Shown here: piece after piece, positions 37,401 through 47,642 of the stretch
Layout of the letters: each line of letters begins with the position of its first letter
Position numbering within the stretch: position 1 is the first letter of the stretch
DNA from: Orbicella franksi
Taxonomy: Eukaryota
Length of the DNA stretch: 64,000 bases
Assembly (NCBI GenBank): GCA_964199315.1
Contig: OZ116698.1
Span: forward strand, 2,480,001-2,544,000
Direction: 5' to 3'
The notes under the pieces: generated by a model
The model's input: the letters and a program-made list of their open reading frames with translations, nothing else
What the model was told of the DNA's origin: nothing
Databases searched by the model: none
Made by a program: the position numbers and the translations under genes

Positions 37401-40400
37401 ATATATGGTCACTCGTGCCCATATATCAGGAAATGCACTCGCGTTCATACAATTTTCTATACATATTTAGCTTCCTTCATTTTATGAAATTGTAATGGGC
37501 TACAGTTCTAAATACAGGGCACGAAATTAACAAAATCCTTACGTCGCCATTTGGCAACTAAGTGGCAAAAAATAGTCGCTAAATGTAAATTTTTAGTCGC
37601 AAAATCTAATAGAAGAGACACAATCCATAGACATACATGAAGTACTCAATGCTCAAGGGCTTCCAATGCATTATAGGGCGATTTTGCACAGGGATAGCCA
37701 TTTTGAAGGTTTTGAGAGAGTCGTTTACTTTAGTGTGCCTTAGAATAATCAAACATGACGATCCAGTTGGCAATCAAAGAATCGTGGGTTTGTTTTATTA
37801 TATCTATTTGTATAAATTGTCTTTAATTTTTTTTTTTTTTTTTTTTTTGTATTTTGTTTTTATTTGTAAGTTGTGCAATGGACAAGCAAAGAGATACTGT
37901 AATGCTAGTTTTACAATTTTACATTAAAAAGGGATAGACACACAAAAAAAAAAGAAGAAAAGGGGAGGTAAAGAAGCCTATTACAATGTAAATATAAATA
38001 GATCTCTACATCCATCATCACAAAAACATAAACTAAATTAACTGAAACAAGGTAGAAATTTGTTCCATTTCTTATAATGTTTTACCAATTTATTGCTGTT
38101 AGCTGCAATTTTCTGTTCAATCTGGCAAGTTGCTTTAACGTTGGCCATGAAGACCTTTAGAGAAGGATGTATGATATTTAATTTACAGTTATAAATATAA
38201 TATTTAGCTAATAAAATAATATGGTTTAGGATATGAAAGTCCTCTGCGACATTGAATACACCGAAGATAACATTTTCTAGTGTTAAGGATGTCGAGATTA
38301 CCTTTTTTCAGAAATCCAGGAACAAAGCAACTGCCAGAAAGATTTTGTTACATTGCAATGAAAGAATAAGTGCTCAGGGGACTCGACTTCTGTTTGACAA
38401 AAGGCGCAAAGTGGAGAGTCAATCATTTTGAGTCTGAATAATTTTTCATTTGTAAAAACAATGTTATTTAACAGCTTGTACTGAAATTCCCTAGTTTTTG
38501 TATCATGTGTGACCGTAAACGGAAGAGAGTAAATCTCTTTCCATTCCAGAGAAAGATTTGGATACTTTAGTTTTATTTTCTTTTGAGCAGAAGGCGCCGT
38601 TTGCTTTTTGCGTTTAAATTCATTGTAAAGCATTTTCGAAGTGACTTTCAAAACATTTACCATAGCGTTTTCTATGTTAATTTGAAACTTGTCATTTGAG
38701 GGGGGACAAATATGTTGCTGACTTTGTTTGATGATAAGCTTCCATTCATCGGAAATAGCATTAACGATGCCCATTAATTTAAAAAGGTGGACAGGAGATA
38801 GTCGAGCTTGTAATAATTTTTCACTTTCGAGAAACCTACCATTGTCAGATATCAAATCTCCTATTTTAACAATTCCATGGAAAGCCAGGTGTTTTATGTA
38901 ACACGACTTGTTCTCAATAAGGATAAACTTATTGTTCCATATTGTTTGGTTAATAACATCGTCATAAGAAACAACGTTTGTTGTGCTAACATAAGACCAC
39001 GCATCGAGACACTCTTTGTAGAAGTCCGGTAGATAAATAGGAAGTTTACAGGTCTCAAAATTGCAGCATAAAATCTATAAATTGTCTTTCATCCGCAAGT
39101 TATGTTCTTGTTCCTTTGAGATTACTGCTAACCCTTTTAATTTGTGTCAGTCAAGGCAAAACCTAGTCGCAAATTTGCGACTACTCTCGTTTTTCTAGTC
39201 GCGAATAAGTAAAGTTAAGTCGCAAATGCGACTGTATTGATCGCAATTTCGAGCCCTGAAATACCACAAAGCCTCAAATTAGTGCCTGAGTCCTTATTTC
39301 AAATATAGGATAAGGCTTGTAAGGAGACTTGTTGGAGGGGAGAGTTGTTCTGAGGGAAGCACTTATTTGAATTTTCAGTTTAGTCTTAAACATCAATCTA
39401 ATGTAAGTAACTTAAGTGCAAAGTTTTCCATATAGTAGTTCACAAACTGAAACATTGTACTAATTCTCAAATCTGCTCATGTTACTATAATGGTAATCAC
39501 CTGTTGCTCAACATTGTCAACACTGTGGTAAGCCTTTGTTTAACTGTTTTCTCTAAAGGAGGAAGGGAGGCGCTTATTTAGGAGTTTGGCCAATACAAGG
39601 GGCACTTATTTAAGGGGGGTGCTTATTCAAGGAATTACAGTAGCTTAATTTATAATTGTTTGCAGGAGCTTTTTTTGGCAGGGGAACTTGCTTGGTTTTC
39701 CGGATTGATTGGTGACCAGTAATTACATCCAGAATGTAAAAACTTTAATATACTACTCTCATTTCAGATTTTAACAAAAGACAGTGTGACCGTGGCAGTA
39801 GATGCTGTGGTGTATTTCAGAATCCATGATGCCACTACTTCCATAACTAATGTGGAGAATGCCAATCGTTCCACCCGTCTGCTGGCACAGACCACCCTGC
39901 GAAATGTGCTGGGGACCAAAAACCTGAGCGAGATTTTGGCTGACCGTGAGGTAATCAGCCATGTCATGCAGGTAAGAACTTTATCGTACTTTATTTTTGA
40001 ATGGTTATTTTTGTAGCCCAGTTATCATTGCTATGGTCAATTCTTTCGTAGGAAACTACAAGCTGTGTTTGACAAGTCTCTGCACATCTGTTAGAAATAA
40101 TTCATTGAAAACCAAGAGTTTTTCTCCTTGTTGGTAGTTATCATCAAGTTATAACATCTTACATTAACATTAATTTAAAATGTGTGTCTACCTTTTAACA
40201 GACCTCGTTGGATGAGGCCACTGATCCTTGGGGTGTCAAAGTGGAGCGTGTTGAAGTGTAAGTAAATATTTACCCAATTTTTCCTGTTTTAACCATAATA
40301 CATGTCAACTTAGCTACACAAACAAAATCAAGGGTCATTTAAAGTTACAAAGATTGCCATAACTTACCGGTAATGACCTTGTTATCTTGTGGCAATTTGA

Positions 40401-40852
40401 GTCTTAGTTCCCCATTGGATTTATGAACTTCTTCTTTGATTTGCAGGAAGGATGTGCGTCTTCCTCAACAGCTTCAGAGAGCCATGGCAGCTGAAGCTGA
40501 AGCCTCCCGTGAAGCTCGTGCTAAGGTATATCTAAAAGGTTTTTCTATTCAGAGTCTTTGAGTGGTTGGTAAGCAATCCCCGCAGTATAGCCATAGTATT
40601 TGTGCCTTGAAATTCTGTTTTTCTCTGCTCAATGTCGAAACTTCACCATTTTAGGTCATTGCTGCTGAGGGTGAGATGAATGCCTCTCGTGCTCTGAAGG
40701 AAGCTGCTGACATCATTTCTGAGTCTCCTTCTGCTCTCCAGCTGCGATACCTTCAGACGCTGACAACCATCTCAGCTGAAAAGAATTCCACAGTCCTTTT
40801 CCCTCTTCCTGTGGATTTCCTCAGCAGATTTTTGCCTGATAGGAAAGGGTAA
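31412..40852 (+). CDS. STOM: Stomatin paralogue 2, 267 aa
   Basis: Exons 31412-31424, 34998-35095, 35258-35330, 35562-35644, 39768-39971, 40202-40257, 40447-40525, 40655-40852. Core exon lengths 73/83/204/56/79 are the same as in paralogue 1; no internal stops. The 13-nt first exon (ATGGAAGAAGAAG|gtcagt) is less certain. Confidence 0.93.
32622..33550 (+). mobile_element. Partial copy of the TGTGTRGTTCCAGAAAATATCC-ended DNA transposon family
   Basis: The left terminus and internal blocks align with 56278-57000. Confidence 0.6.
34324..34812. mobile_element. CAGGG-ended MITE (uninterrupted copy)
   Basis: TIRs cagggcttgaaatt / aatttcaagccctg; collinear with 37515-39258. Confidence 0.8.
35810..37460 (+). 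pseudogene. Crypton-type tyrosine recombinase transposon (DUF3504/ZMYM-KCTD1-like), frameshifted, in intron 4 of stomatin 2
   Basis: ORF pieces 35810-36136, 36237-36761 and 36737-37126 give [47 protein letters not shown]...KDY (the R-K-HxxR-H-Y catalytic set). A terminal palindrome lies at 37373-37454. Confidence 0.8.
37515..39258. mobile_element. Second copy of the CAGGG-ended MITE, split by an L1 insertion
   Basis: TIRs cagggcacgaaatt / aatttcgagccctg; AAATA on both flanks. The halves 37515-37824 and 39076-39258 rejoin to match 34324-34812. Confidence 0.8.
37825..39075 (-). mobile_element. 5'-truncated L1/Tx1-clade LINE with poly(A) tail and 14-bp TSD
   Basis: ORF2 C-terminus with QTIWNNKFI and the zinc-finger motif [19 protein letters not shown]22 run at 37827-37848 (poly-A on the minus strand). 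TSD TATAAATTGTCTTT at 37811-37824 and 39076-39089. Confidence 0.9.
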
Positions 40853-40909
40853 CTAGAAAGACTGAGGAAACTTGAATTTCACTCATCGATGCAAGATATT
40901 TCACTTTAG
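40853..40909 (+). other. Possible readthrough extension of stomatin 2: (X)LERLRKLEFHSSMQDISL*
   Basis: TAA-CTAG context; 18 open codons with weak similarity to the other two tails (SSMQDISL vs SPMTEVSVL). Confidence 0.45.
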
Positions 40910-41004
40910 ACATTAAAGTAGTCAGAGCTTTTCATTCTAATGGTATGCAGTAGTTTTTCCTGGAGAGCAATCTTCGCTGACGTCCTTGTTTGCATTAATT
41001 TTTA

Positions 41005-41470
41005 GTTTGTATAGTGTGATCCTCCAGGTGAGGGTAGTTCTGAAAAGAACTGTTGTTGCCTCTTAACAGATGTCAACAACTACCGGCGCCTTACGAACAA
41101 CTTATCCACGACGGAAACAAAACCGACCAACGGATTTCTAACAGACCGACTTGATTTGACCAACAATAGACGGACCAAAAAGCGACCAATTTTACTAACG
41201 ATAGATGGATCGAAACCAACCACAGACTGATGACAAACTTTACGCGAGTCTTTCAGCCAATACCAACACTGATGGCTAAACTGACCAATCACTTTCAACA
41301 GACCAAACTTATAACATTACGACTGACAAACGCTATTCACGTCACTCGGAAGATGACTTCCGCTCAGGTTGTCGAAACGTCAGTCAATAACAACAGTTCT
41401 TTTCAGAACTACTCTCACCCCAACGATCACACTATACGAACTACTGATACTCCTGGGTCCAAACCATTTG
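41005..41470 (+). mobile_element. Penelope-like retroelement remnant (copy 2) with inverted terminal segments and a hammerhead motif
   Basis: 41009-41058 is the reverse complement of ~41388-41437. Hammerhead-like cactCGGAAGAtgac...gtcGAAAcGTCagtc at 41343-41385. The interior is homologous to 4870-5060. Confidence 0.65.
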
Positions 41471-42486
41471 CTATGTTCCATTGATTTTTATCCTTATTAA
41501 CATACAACTTTTCACAGAGAAGGCTTCATGCTAGATAGAAATTGACTCCGAACATTTAAAAGCTTGTGAAACGTAGTGATTGGTTAATGTTTGGCTCTTT
41601 GGGCATAATATGCACAGAGAAATTGGCTTCCAAAATTCGCAAAATTTCCAGGTGGGAAAAGCACTAACTTTTTTGTGGTACAAGGATTATTTTGGTAGTA
41701 GGGACATTATAATTATCATTCACCAATGGAATTCCAATGGACTGTCTTTGTACTCTGAACCGGTTATTTTTTGCTTGAGATCTTCATTTTAAACTATTAT
41801 ATGGTTATCTGCACATTTTCTAGCTGAAAGGGTAAGCTTTGTTGAAAAGCAGCTAAGTTGAGTTTGGTGCTAAAACATTTTGCCTTTTACATAAGGCCAA
41901 ACAAGTATTACGCATGCAATATAGTAGTGCTACAATATATCAAATAAATGAATGCCAGGTTGGCGACAGGTTATTTTCTCTAGTTGTAGATGTTTCATGT
42001 GGATCATGCTTCTGGTTATTTTATGTACAATTGTTTTTTGGCAGCTAGGAGTAATGCTGAAGTGTAATTATTATAAAATAGTGAAAATTGCTTCAATGTC
42101 GTAGTTGGTTTTAGTGATTTAAAATACTTTAATAGTTGTTGCCAGTTGCAATAAAATTACGCTAGTCAGATCATCTTATGCATCAGGGTATACTGACTGA
42201 CAGGCAGGTGAAGCCTCTTGATGCAGGTGCTTATGTCAAATTTCTTGGCCAGTTGGCCAGAACTTGAAAGTGTACCTCCTCCCAGGGCTGACGTGTGACA
42301 CAGTGTCATGCCTGTTTCATGAGACCTTTTCATTAACTAGTTGATATTATTATACTGAAAAAGAAACAAAGGTTTTAGTTGCTAAGGAAACCTTTTTTGG
42401 CTGTGACGGCTGGCAACTGAAACAATTATTTGTCAAATTGGAATTTAATGCTGTATTCACACTTCGAGAGTTAGTCCTTACTCCGA

Positions 42487-42828
42487 CAGGGTTGCCACAT
42501 GTCAGGAAATGGTCAGGGAAACAAATTCTTCACGGTCAGGGGATAGTCGAGGAATTTTATTTGAGTCACGGAAATTTGGCATTTTGATGAAAAGACAGGG
42601 AAAACTGAAATAAATTAAACACTGCTGATTTAATACTATTGAAGGCTGGAAGAAACATTTAGGGTCACCATCTGTGATCTCAACGATTGACCGAGTGGAA
42701 AACGCGGCTGTAAGGGAAGGCTTGAAGCCACTACTATACCTGCCATTTTGTATTTATTTGGTCAGGGAAATTTTAATTTTATCAGGGAAAAGTCGGAATT
42801 TTGAGAAGTGATGTTTGTGGCCGCCATG
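42487..42828. mobile_element. hAT-like MITE with gtcaggga subrepeats
   Basis: Termini cagggttgccaca / tgtggccgccatg. Confidence 0.55.
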
Positions 42829-43479
42829 TCTGACGAGGGACTAACACTCCAGACGTCCGCTTCACTAACTTGTTACTGCGGTAAAATGACCATAGTCAAC
42901 TTTAAGGTTACAAATAACTAAGTATATCAAAGTATAACTAAAAAACGCCTTGAAAGAGCTTCTAAAAGTCAAAATTGAATAATAAACACACTAGAGTATT
43001 GATCTGTGTCTGTCTTCCAGTGAAATAAACACTATTTCATGCAAACTTTATTGGTAGGTAAAATCGACATTACTGGTAATACAGGATACAGAGCAAAACT
43101 TCCTGATCTCGAAGGTTTCTAACAATATTATGTTTTAACCTTGTTCTTTGATTTCATTGTGTATCACATCTCTATCCTCCGACCATGATAAGGCGCGTTT
43201 TTCTCCGCACACAAAAGATATAAATACACTCTCTTTGTTATGCCCTTCTTCGGTACAGCTTACATCGTCTTTCTGAGTTTTCACTAGTTTCTTCTGAATG
43301 TGTCGGTGTGGTCACTGACACGGACCAGTTTCTCTCTAGTGGTGTTCTGCCGTGATTCTAGCTGCTTTTTTTCGGTTGGTCACACAGTTAGTCACGTGGC
43401 AGATAGTTGCTCAACTTTTTTGACAGCATGTTTTAAAAGGCCATAACACCAATTTTCAGACCAATGTCATGCGTGTTGT

Positions 43480-43600
43480 TATGGTGAAAGAAGAGGGATT
43501 GGATGGACATTGACCAATGTCTTGGAAGACCTTGATTATGCGGATGATATTGCGCTGCTCCGACACCAGGACATGCAGGCAAAGACCAATGCCTTGGCAT
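43480..43600 (+). mobile_element. RTE-clade LINE reverse transcriptase fragment
   Basis: Translates to GWTLTNVLEDLDYADDIALLRHQDMQAKTNAL (YADD catalytic motif). Confidence 0.75.
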
Positions 43601-43608
43601 TGGCATCA

Positions 43609-43992
43609 GTATTTTCGTTCCAAATTTCGTGAAATTCTAATGAGTGGTTCTTGAGAAATAGGCGTATTTCCGAGAGTGCAATTTTTCATTCAATCGCAAT
43701 TTTTTTGACTTACTACGCATGCGTTGCATTTAACTGGGTTCTTTTGGTAACAAAGAAAAAGCTGAGAATTGCTGGGTTCTTTGCATCGTTACCTTTTCTA
43801 GCATGTCTTTGTAATAAAAGACTAAAGCCATCAATACACCACGTTCAATTCTAGAGAAAAATAATACAGATAGTGCGGGTGTTGAGTAAATAAAATGATC
43901 GCTCTATTGACGGCATGTTTGTTTTTTGCAATCCTTGTGCACGCGCTGAATTGCATCAGCAAAAGCGCGCGCGAAAACTGTGTTCGGCCACC
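43609..43992 (-). mobile_element. Partial copy of the TTAA-flanked Kolobok-like element at 63176-63961
   Basis: Reverse complement of 63176-63558; ends ggccacc|ttaa. Fragments of the other end occur at ~48825-49020 and ~52371-52540. Confidence 0.75.
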
Positions 43993-44461
43993 TTAAATGC
44001 TCAAGGAACAGTGAAAAAAGGTTCTTTGGTAGGGCAATTAACAACTTCTTGTAGAAAATACGAAAAGCAACGTGAATACTTTTGGAACAACTTTTGAGCA
44101 ACTTTTTGACTTTTGGGGCAACATTTAAGCAAATTTTTGAGAAATGTTGAGCATGGGCAGCTAGCCGTACTCTCCATTTTCTCGCTCCGGGAGGTCGAGG
44201 GCGGGAAAATGATGAGAGACCCTGGGAACGAGGCTGCAGAAACCTCCGTTGGCGGGGTGGGGGTGGTGGGGGGTAGAGGGGGTAAAATATTAGGAAAAAT
44301 GGAAAATTCTGTGCTCATCAGGCACACGTATGTGCGCTCATGTCTTGAAAGGGTTAATTAAACCGAAGGGCAAAGATTTTATGGTAGTTTGAAAACTTGC
44401 AAAATTACTGAAGGATTTGTATGGACAACCATTGGAGCGTGACTGGAGGGCAAAACGTTCT

Positions 44462-44607
44462 CTTCCCATACAGATCCTTCTAATTTCTAACGTCCATAAA
44501 AATTCCCTCTCAAGGGATATAAACCTGAACATTTCTTCCCATAAAAATCCTTCTAATTTCTAACGTCCATAAAAATTCCCTCTTAAGGGATATAAACCTG
44601 AACATTT
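44462..44607. repeat. Tandem duplication, 2 x 73 bp
   Basis: cttcccata...aaacctgaacattt starts at 44462 and 44535. Confidence 0.85.
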
Positions 44608-44877
44608 GCATGTAGGCTATATATTTGTAAATGTTCGTTCCATTTCTGATAACATTATGCACTACCAACGACTAAATGTGTGTTATTTATAAGCACCGTT
44701 GCAAAAGGCCTATTAGTTATTCGGAGGGTGTCAATTGGGTGGTGGCTTTTTTTTTGGCTAACGGTTAATTCAGTTTGCTTACGGTTAAGAGAAAGCTTAG
44801 AAATTAATTACAATTGTTTTTAAAAAGCTAGAAATTTATTTTCATCAGGTTTAAAAGAGGTAGAAGAGTATTATCAC

Positions 44878-47190
44878 GATGGCTAGGTGGAAAACGCGGG
44901 ACCGGGATCCTGGGGTACGGGGTACGGGGTCCCGGGGTGTGGAAAACGCGTGGTCTGGTGGAAAATGCGGGGTCTACGCGGAAACCACGGGGTCTAAGAG
45001 GAAAACACGGGGAAAACCGTTTTTCGAGGAAATATGAATTTTCTTCACTAAAATGAGAAGTCGAAATTTTGTTATTTTAAAATTGCAATGAAAATCAATT
45101 CCGTTTCTCGGCGTAAAACGCGTTTTTTGATCAAAGCAAATTAAACACTTCGTGGCAAAGAACACCATGCAATAGCCAACGTGCCGTGCAGCGGTTTTCT
45201 TTTGCATGGGACGTCTATGTTATTTTTCTTAGTAACTTGCGTGGTTTTTTTATACCTTTGAAAAAGAAATAATGAAATAATAAAGATTGTTTTGCTTACT
45301 ATCTTAAACCATGAAAAAGCCTTTCTATACAAATAATCACTTTCGACCGGTCATTATTTATCGACTGAGGGATGGCGTGGGATTTTCGGTTAAAGATAGT
45401 AACATTTTGCTGATCCCCCACTTAAATGTTATTTTATTGAATTATTCCCTTCATAGCTATTAATAAATTTCATGATCCCCCTCAATGTCTTCGCACACAT
45501 GTTCACCCTTCGACATGTATATTTAGTGCTTTTAACGGTCATATGACAGTAATATTTCTAATCATGATGCTGACTTACAGATTAATGAAGCCGCCATGGT
45601 GCAGTCTCTTGATCCGTGTCTTCCCGATATCTGATCAGGGCTCTAACAGAAGTTTTCACAGGCGTCCAATAAAGCATAACAGGCGACATAAATTAAAGTG
45701 AGGTCCAGGATTCGCCCGAAGGGACAAGCCAGCTTACGGGGTCCGGGGGTACGTTCCCCCAGAAAAGTTTCAAATTTTAGGTGGCCAAAGAATAAGATGT
45801 GATTTCATGCATTTTGGGGGGAAGGTGTTACGGAAAATGAGCTGTTTATGATCATAAAATTAGATGTAGCAAGTAGCGCTGTTTCACCATTCTAAATAAA
45901 ATACTTTTTTCTTCTTGAAAAGTCACAGTCTGTAAGTCTTAATTTATTGTTATATGTTTTTAAATTTCAATGACCAGAACAGGTGGCTACATTCGATTTT
46001 ACAGCCGGTAGAATTCCGCCGTTCTACTGAGAGCCCCGTGACTAATGTGGTCTGATGTCAGTTGACATAACAGCAACTAACCATCCCAAGTGTTTGGAAA
46101 CTGCAAAGTTACTTTTTAGAGTGCAAAAAAGCCGTCCACCAAGTCTGTATGGGTATGTGACATTTAGTGATCATCCCTTTCGGGCTCTCAGTTATGACTG
46201 ATTCCTTCCTCTGGCATCCTAAAAATCCGATGATCCCCCCAAAAATCTCCCCCCACCCCGCTCCAGGGGATAAATACTGACCGGCCCCCAATCTACAATA
46301 CGACAGAAGTAATTATAAACCTGAAGTCTGATCATTTATGAATCGCTAGTGAGGTCCCAGTCGATAGTTAATGTAAAGTGAATAACATTTTGATTTCACT
46401 AGAACAACATTTTTTTTTTGTAAACTCGTGTGTAAGGAGACGGCGAAAACGAAATCCACATTCGCAAGAGTGGAGATTATTCGCGCTGAAATGAACGCAA
46501 GCAAGTACAGTAAGGGGCCGACTTAAGGAACACCAGAATTTATTTTGGAACTGCTATTTCAAGAAGGTTACTGTATTTTCTCCATTAATAACCCTTAAAA
46601 CCTCCTTAGCTTTTGTTTCAAATTTGGCCTGGCTGGGCCAGGCGTATTTTATTTGTTTATTCTTTATATTCCATGGTAATTTTTGTTGCCATTTCTTGAG
46701 GTCCTACTTACAAGTAACCGGCTTTTAATCGAGCAAATACGGCAACTGTCGCTTTTCATGGTTAAAGATACTAAGCAAAACAATCTTTATTATTTCAATA
46801 TGTTTATTTAAAGGTAAAACAAAAATCCACGCAGGTTATTGCGAAAAATAAAATACACGCCCCATGCAAAAGAAAACCACTGCACGGCACGTTGGCTCTT
46901 GAATGGTTTTCTTTCCACGAAATGTTTGAGAAACGCGTTTCACGCCGTGATTTTCATTGTAATTTTAAAAATTCGACTTCTCATTTTAGAGAGGAAAATT
47001 CATATTTTGGCGAAACAACGTTTCCCCCGTGTTTTCCACTCAGACCCTGTGTTTTCCACCAAACCCTGTGTTTTCCACCAGACCCCGTGTTTTCCACACC
47101 CTGCGTTTTCCACACCCCGCGTTTTCCACACTCCGGGACCCCGAACCCCGTACCACGGGACACCGGCCCCGCGTTTTCCACCTAGCCGTC
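44878..47190. mobile_element. Non-autonomous DNA transposon with ~330-bp terminal inverted repeats
   Basis: 44878-~45210 is the reverse complement of ~46857-47190 (ggctaggtggaaaacgcggg...); no transposase ORF inside. Confidence 0.75.
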
Positions 47191-47544
47191 TGACAAGAGA
47201 TCTTGACACTTGCACTCTCGTGGCTAATTTCTTTTTTTTGTTGTTTTGTTTTGTTTTTTTTTACGGTTAATACTTTTTACGGCTAACGATTACAATTTTC
47301 TACATTTTACTCCTAACGGCTTGATAGGCCTAACAGTCAGCCCCATTGAGTCACTATTACGGTTGGTCAAGCCTCCCATCGATATTATATTTTCAATAAA
47401 TTGTTGTTGTTATTTACTAGCTTAGAAATCCGCCACATCAGACACAAGTAACAATAACAATGGAAAATTTATGGCAAATAAATTTGAATAACAAGATGAG
47501 AGTATTAGACGAATGTGATTGGCTGTTTCACGGGAGGAGTATTT

Positions 47545-47554
47545 ATCACGTGAT
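47545..47554. promoter_or_regulatory. ATCACGTGAT palindrome (extended E-box) and nearby CCAAT box upstream of stomatin 3 exon 1
   Basis: 88 bp before the ATG at 47643; ATTGG at ~47518. Confidence 0.35.
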
Positions 47555-47642
47555 GTAGCTGCGTAGGAGTGTGTGTTTTTTACAGCCCTGTTGAAGACCT
47601 TTGCTTTGCAGTTGAAGATCTGTCGATTTGCTCGGCGTGAAA

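Noticed and set aside
46839-47270. Overlapping ORFs on both strands
   Set aside because: They arise from the GC-rich subrepeats of a TIR arm and have no protein features.
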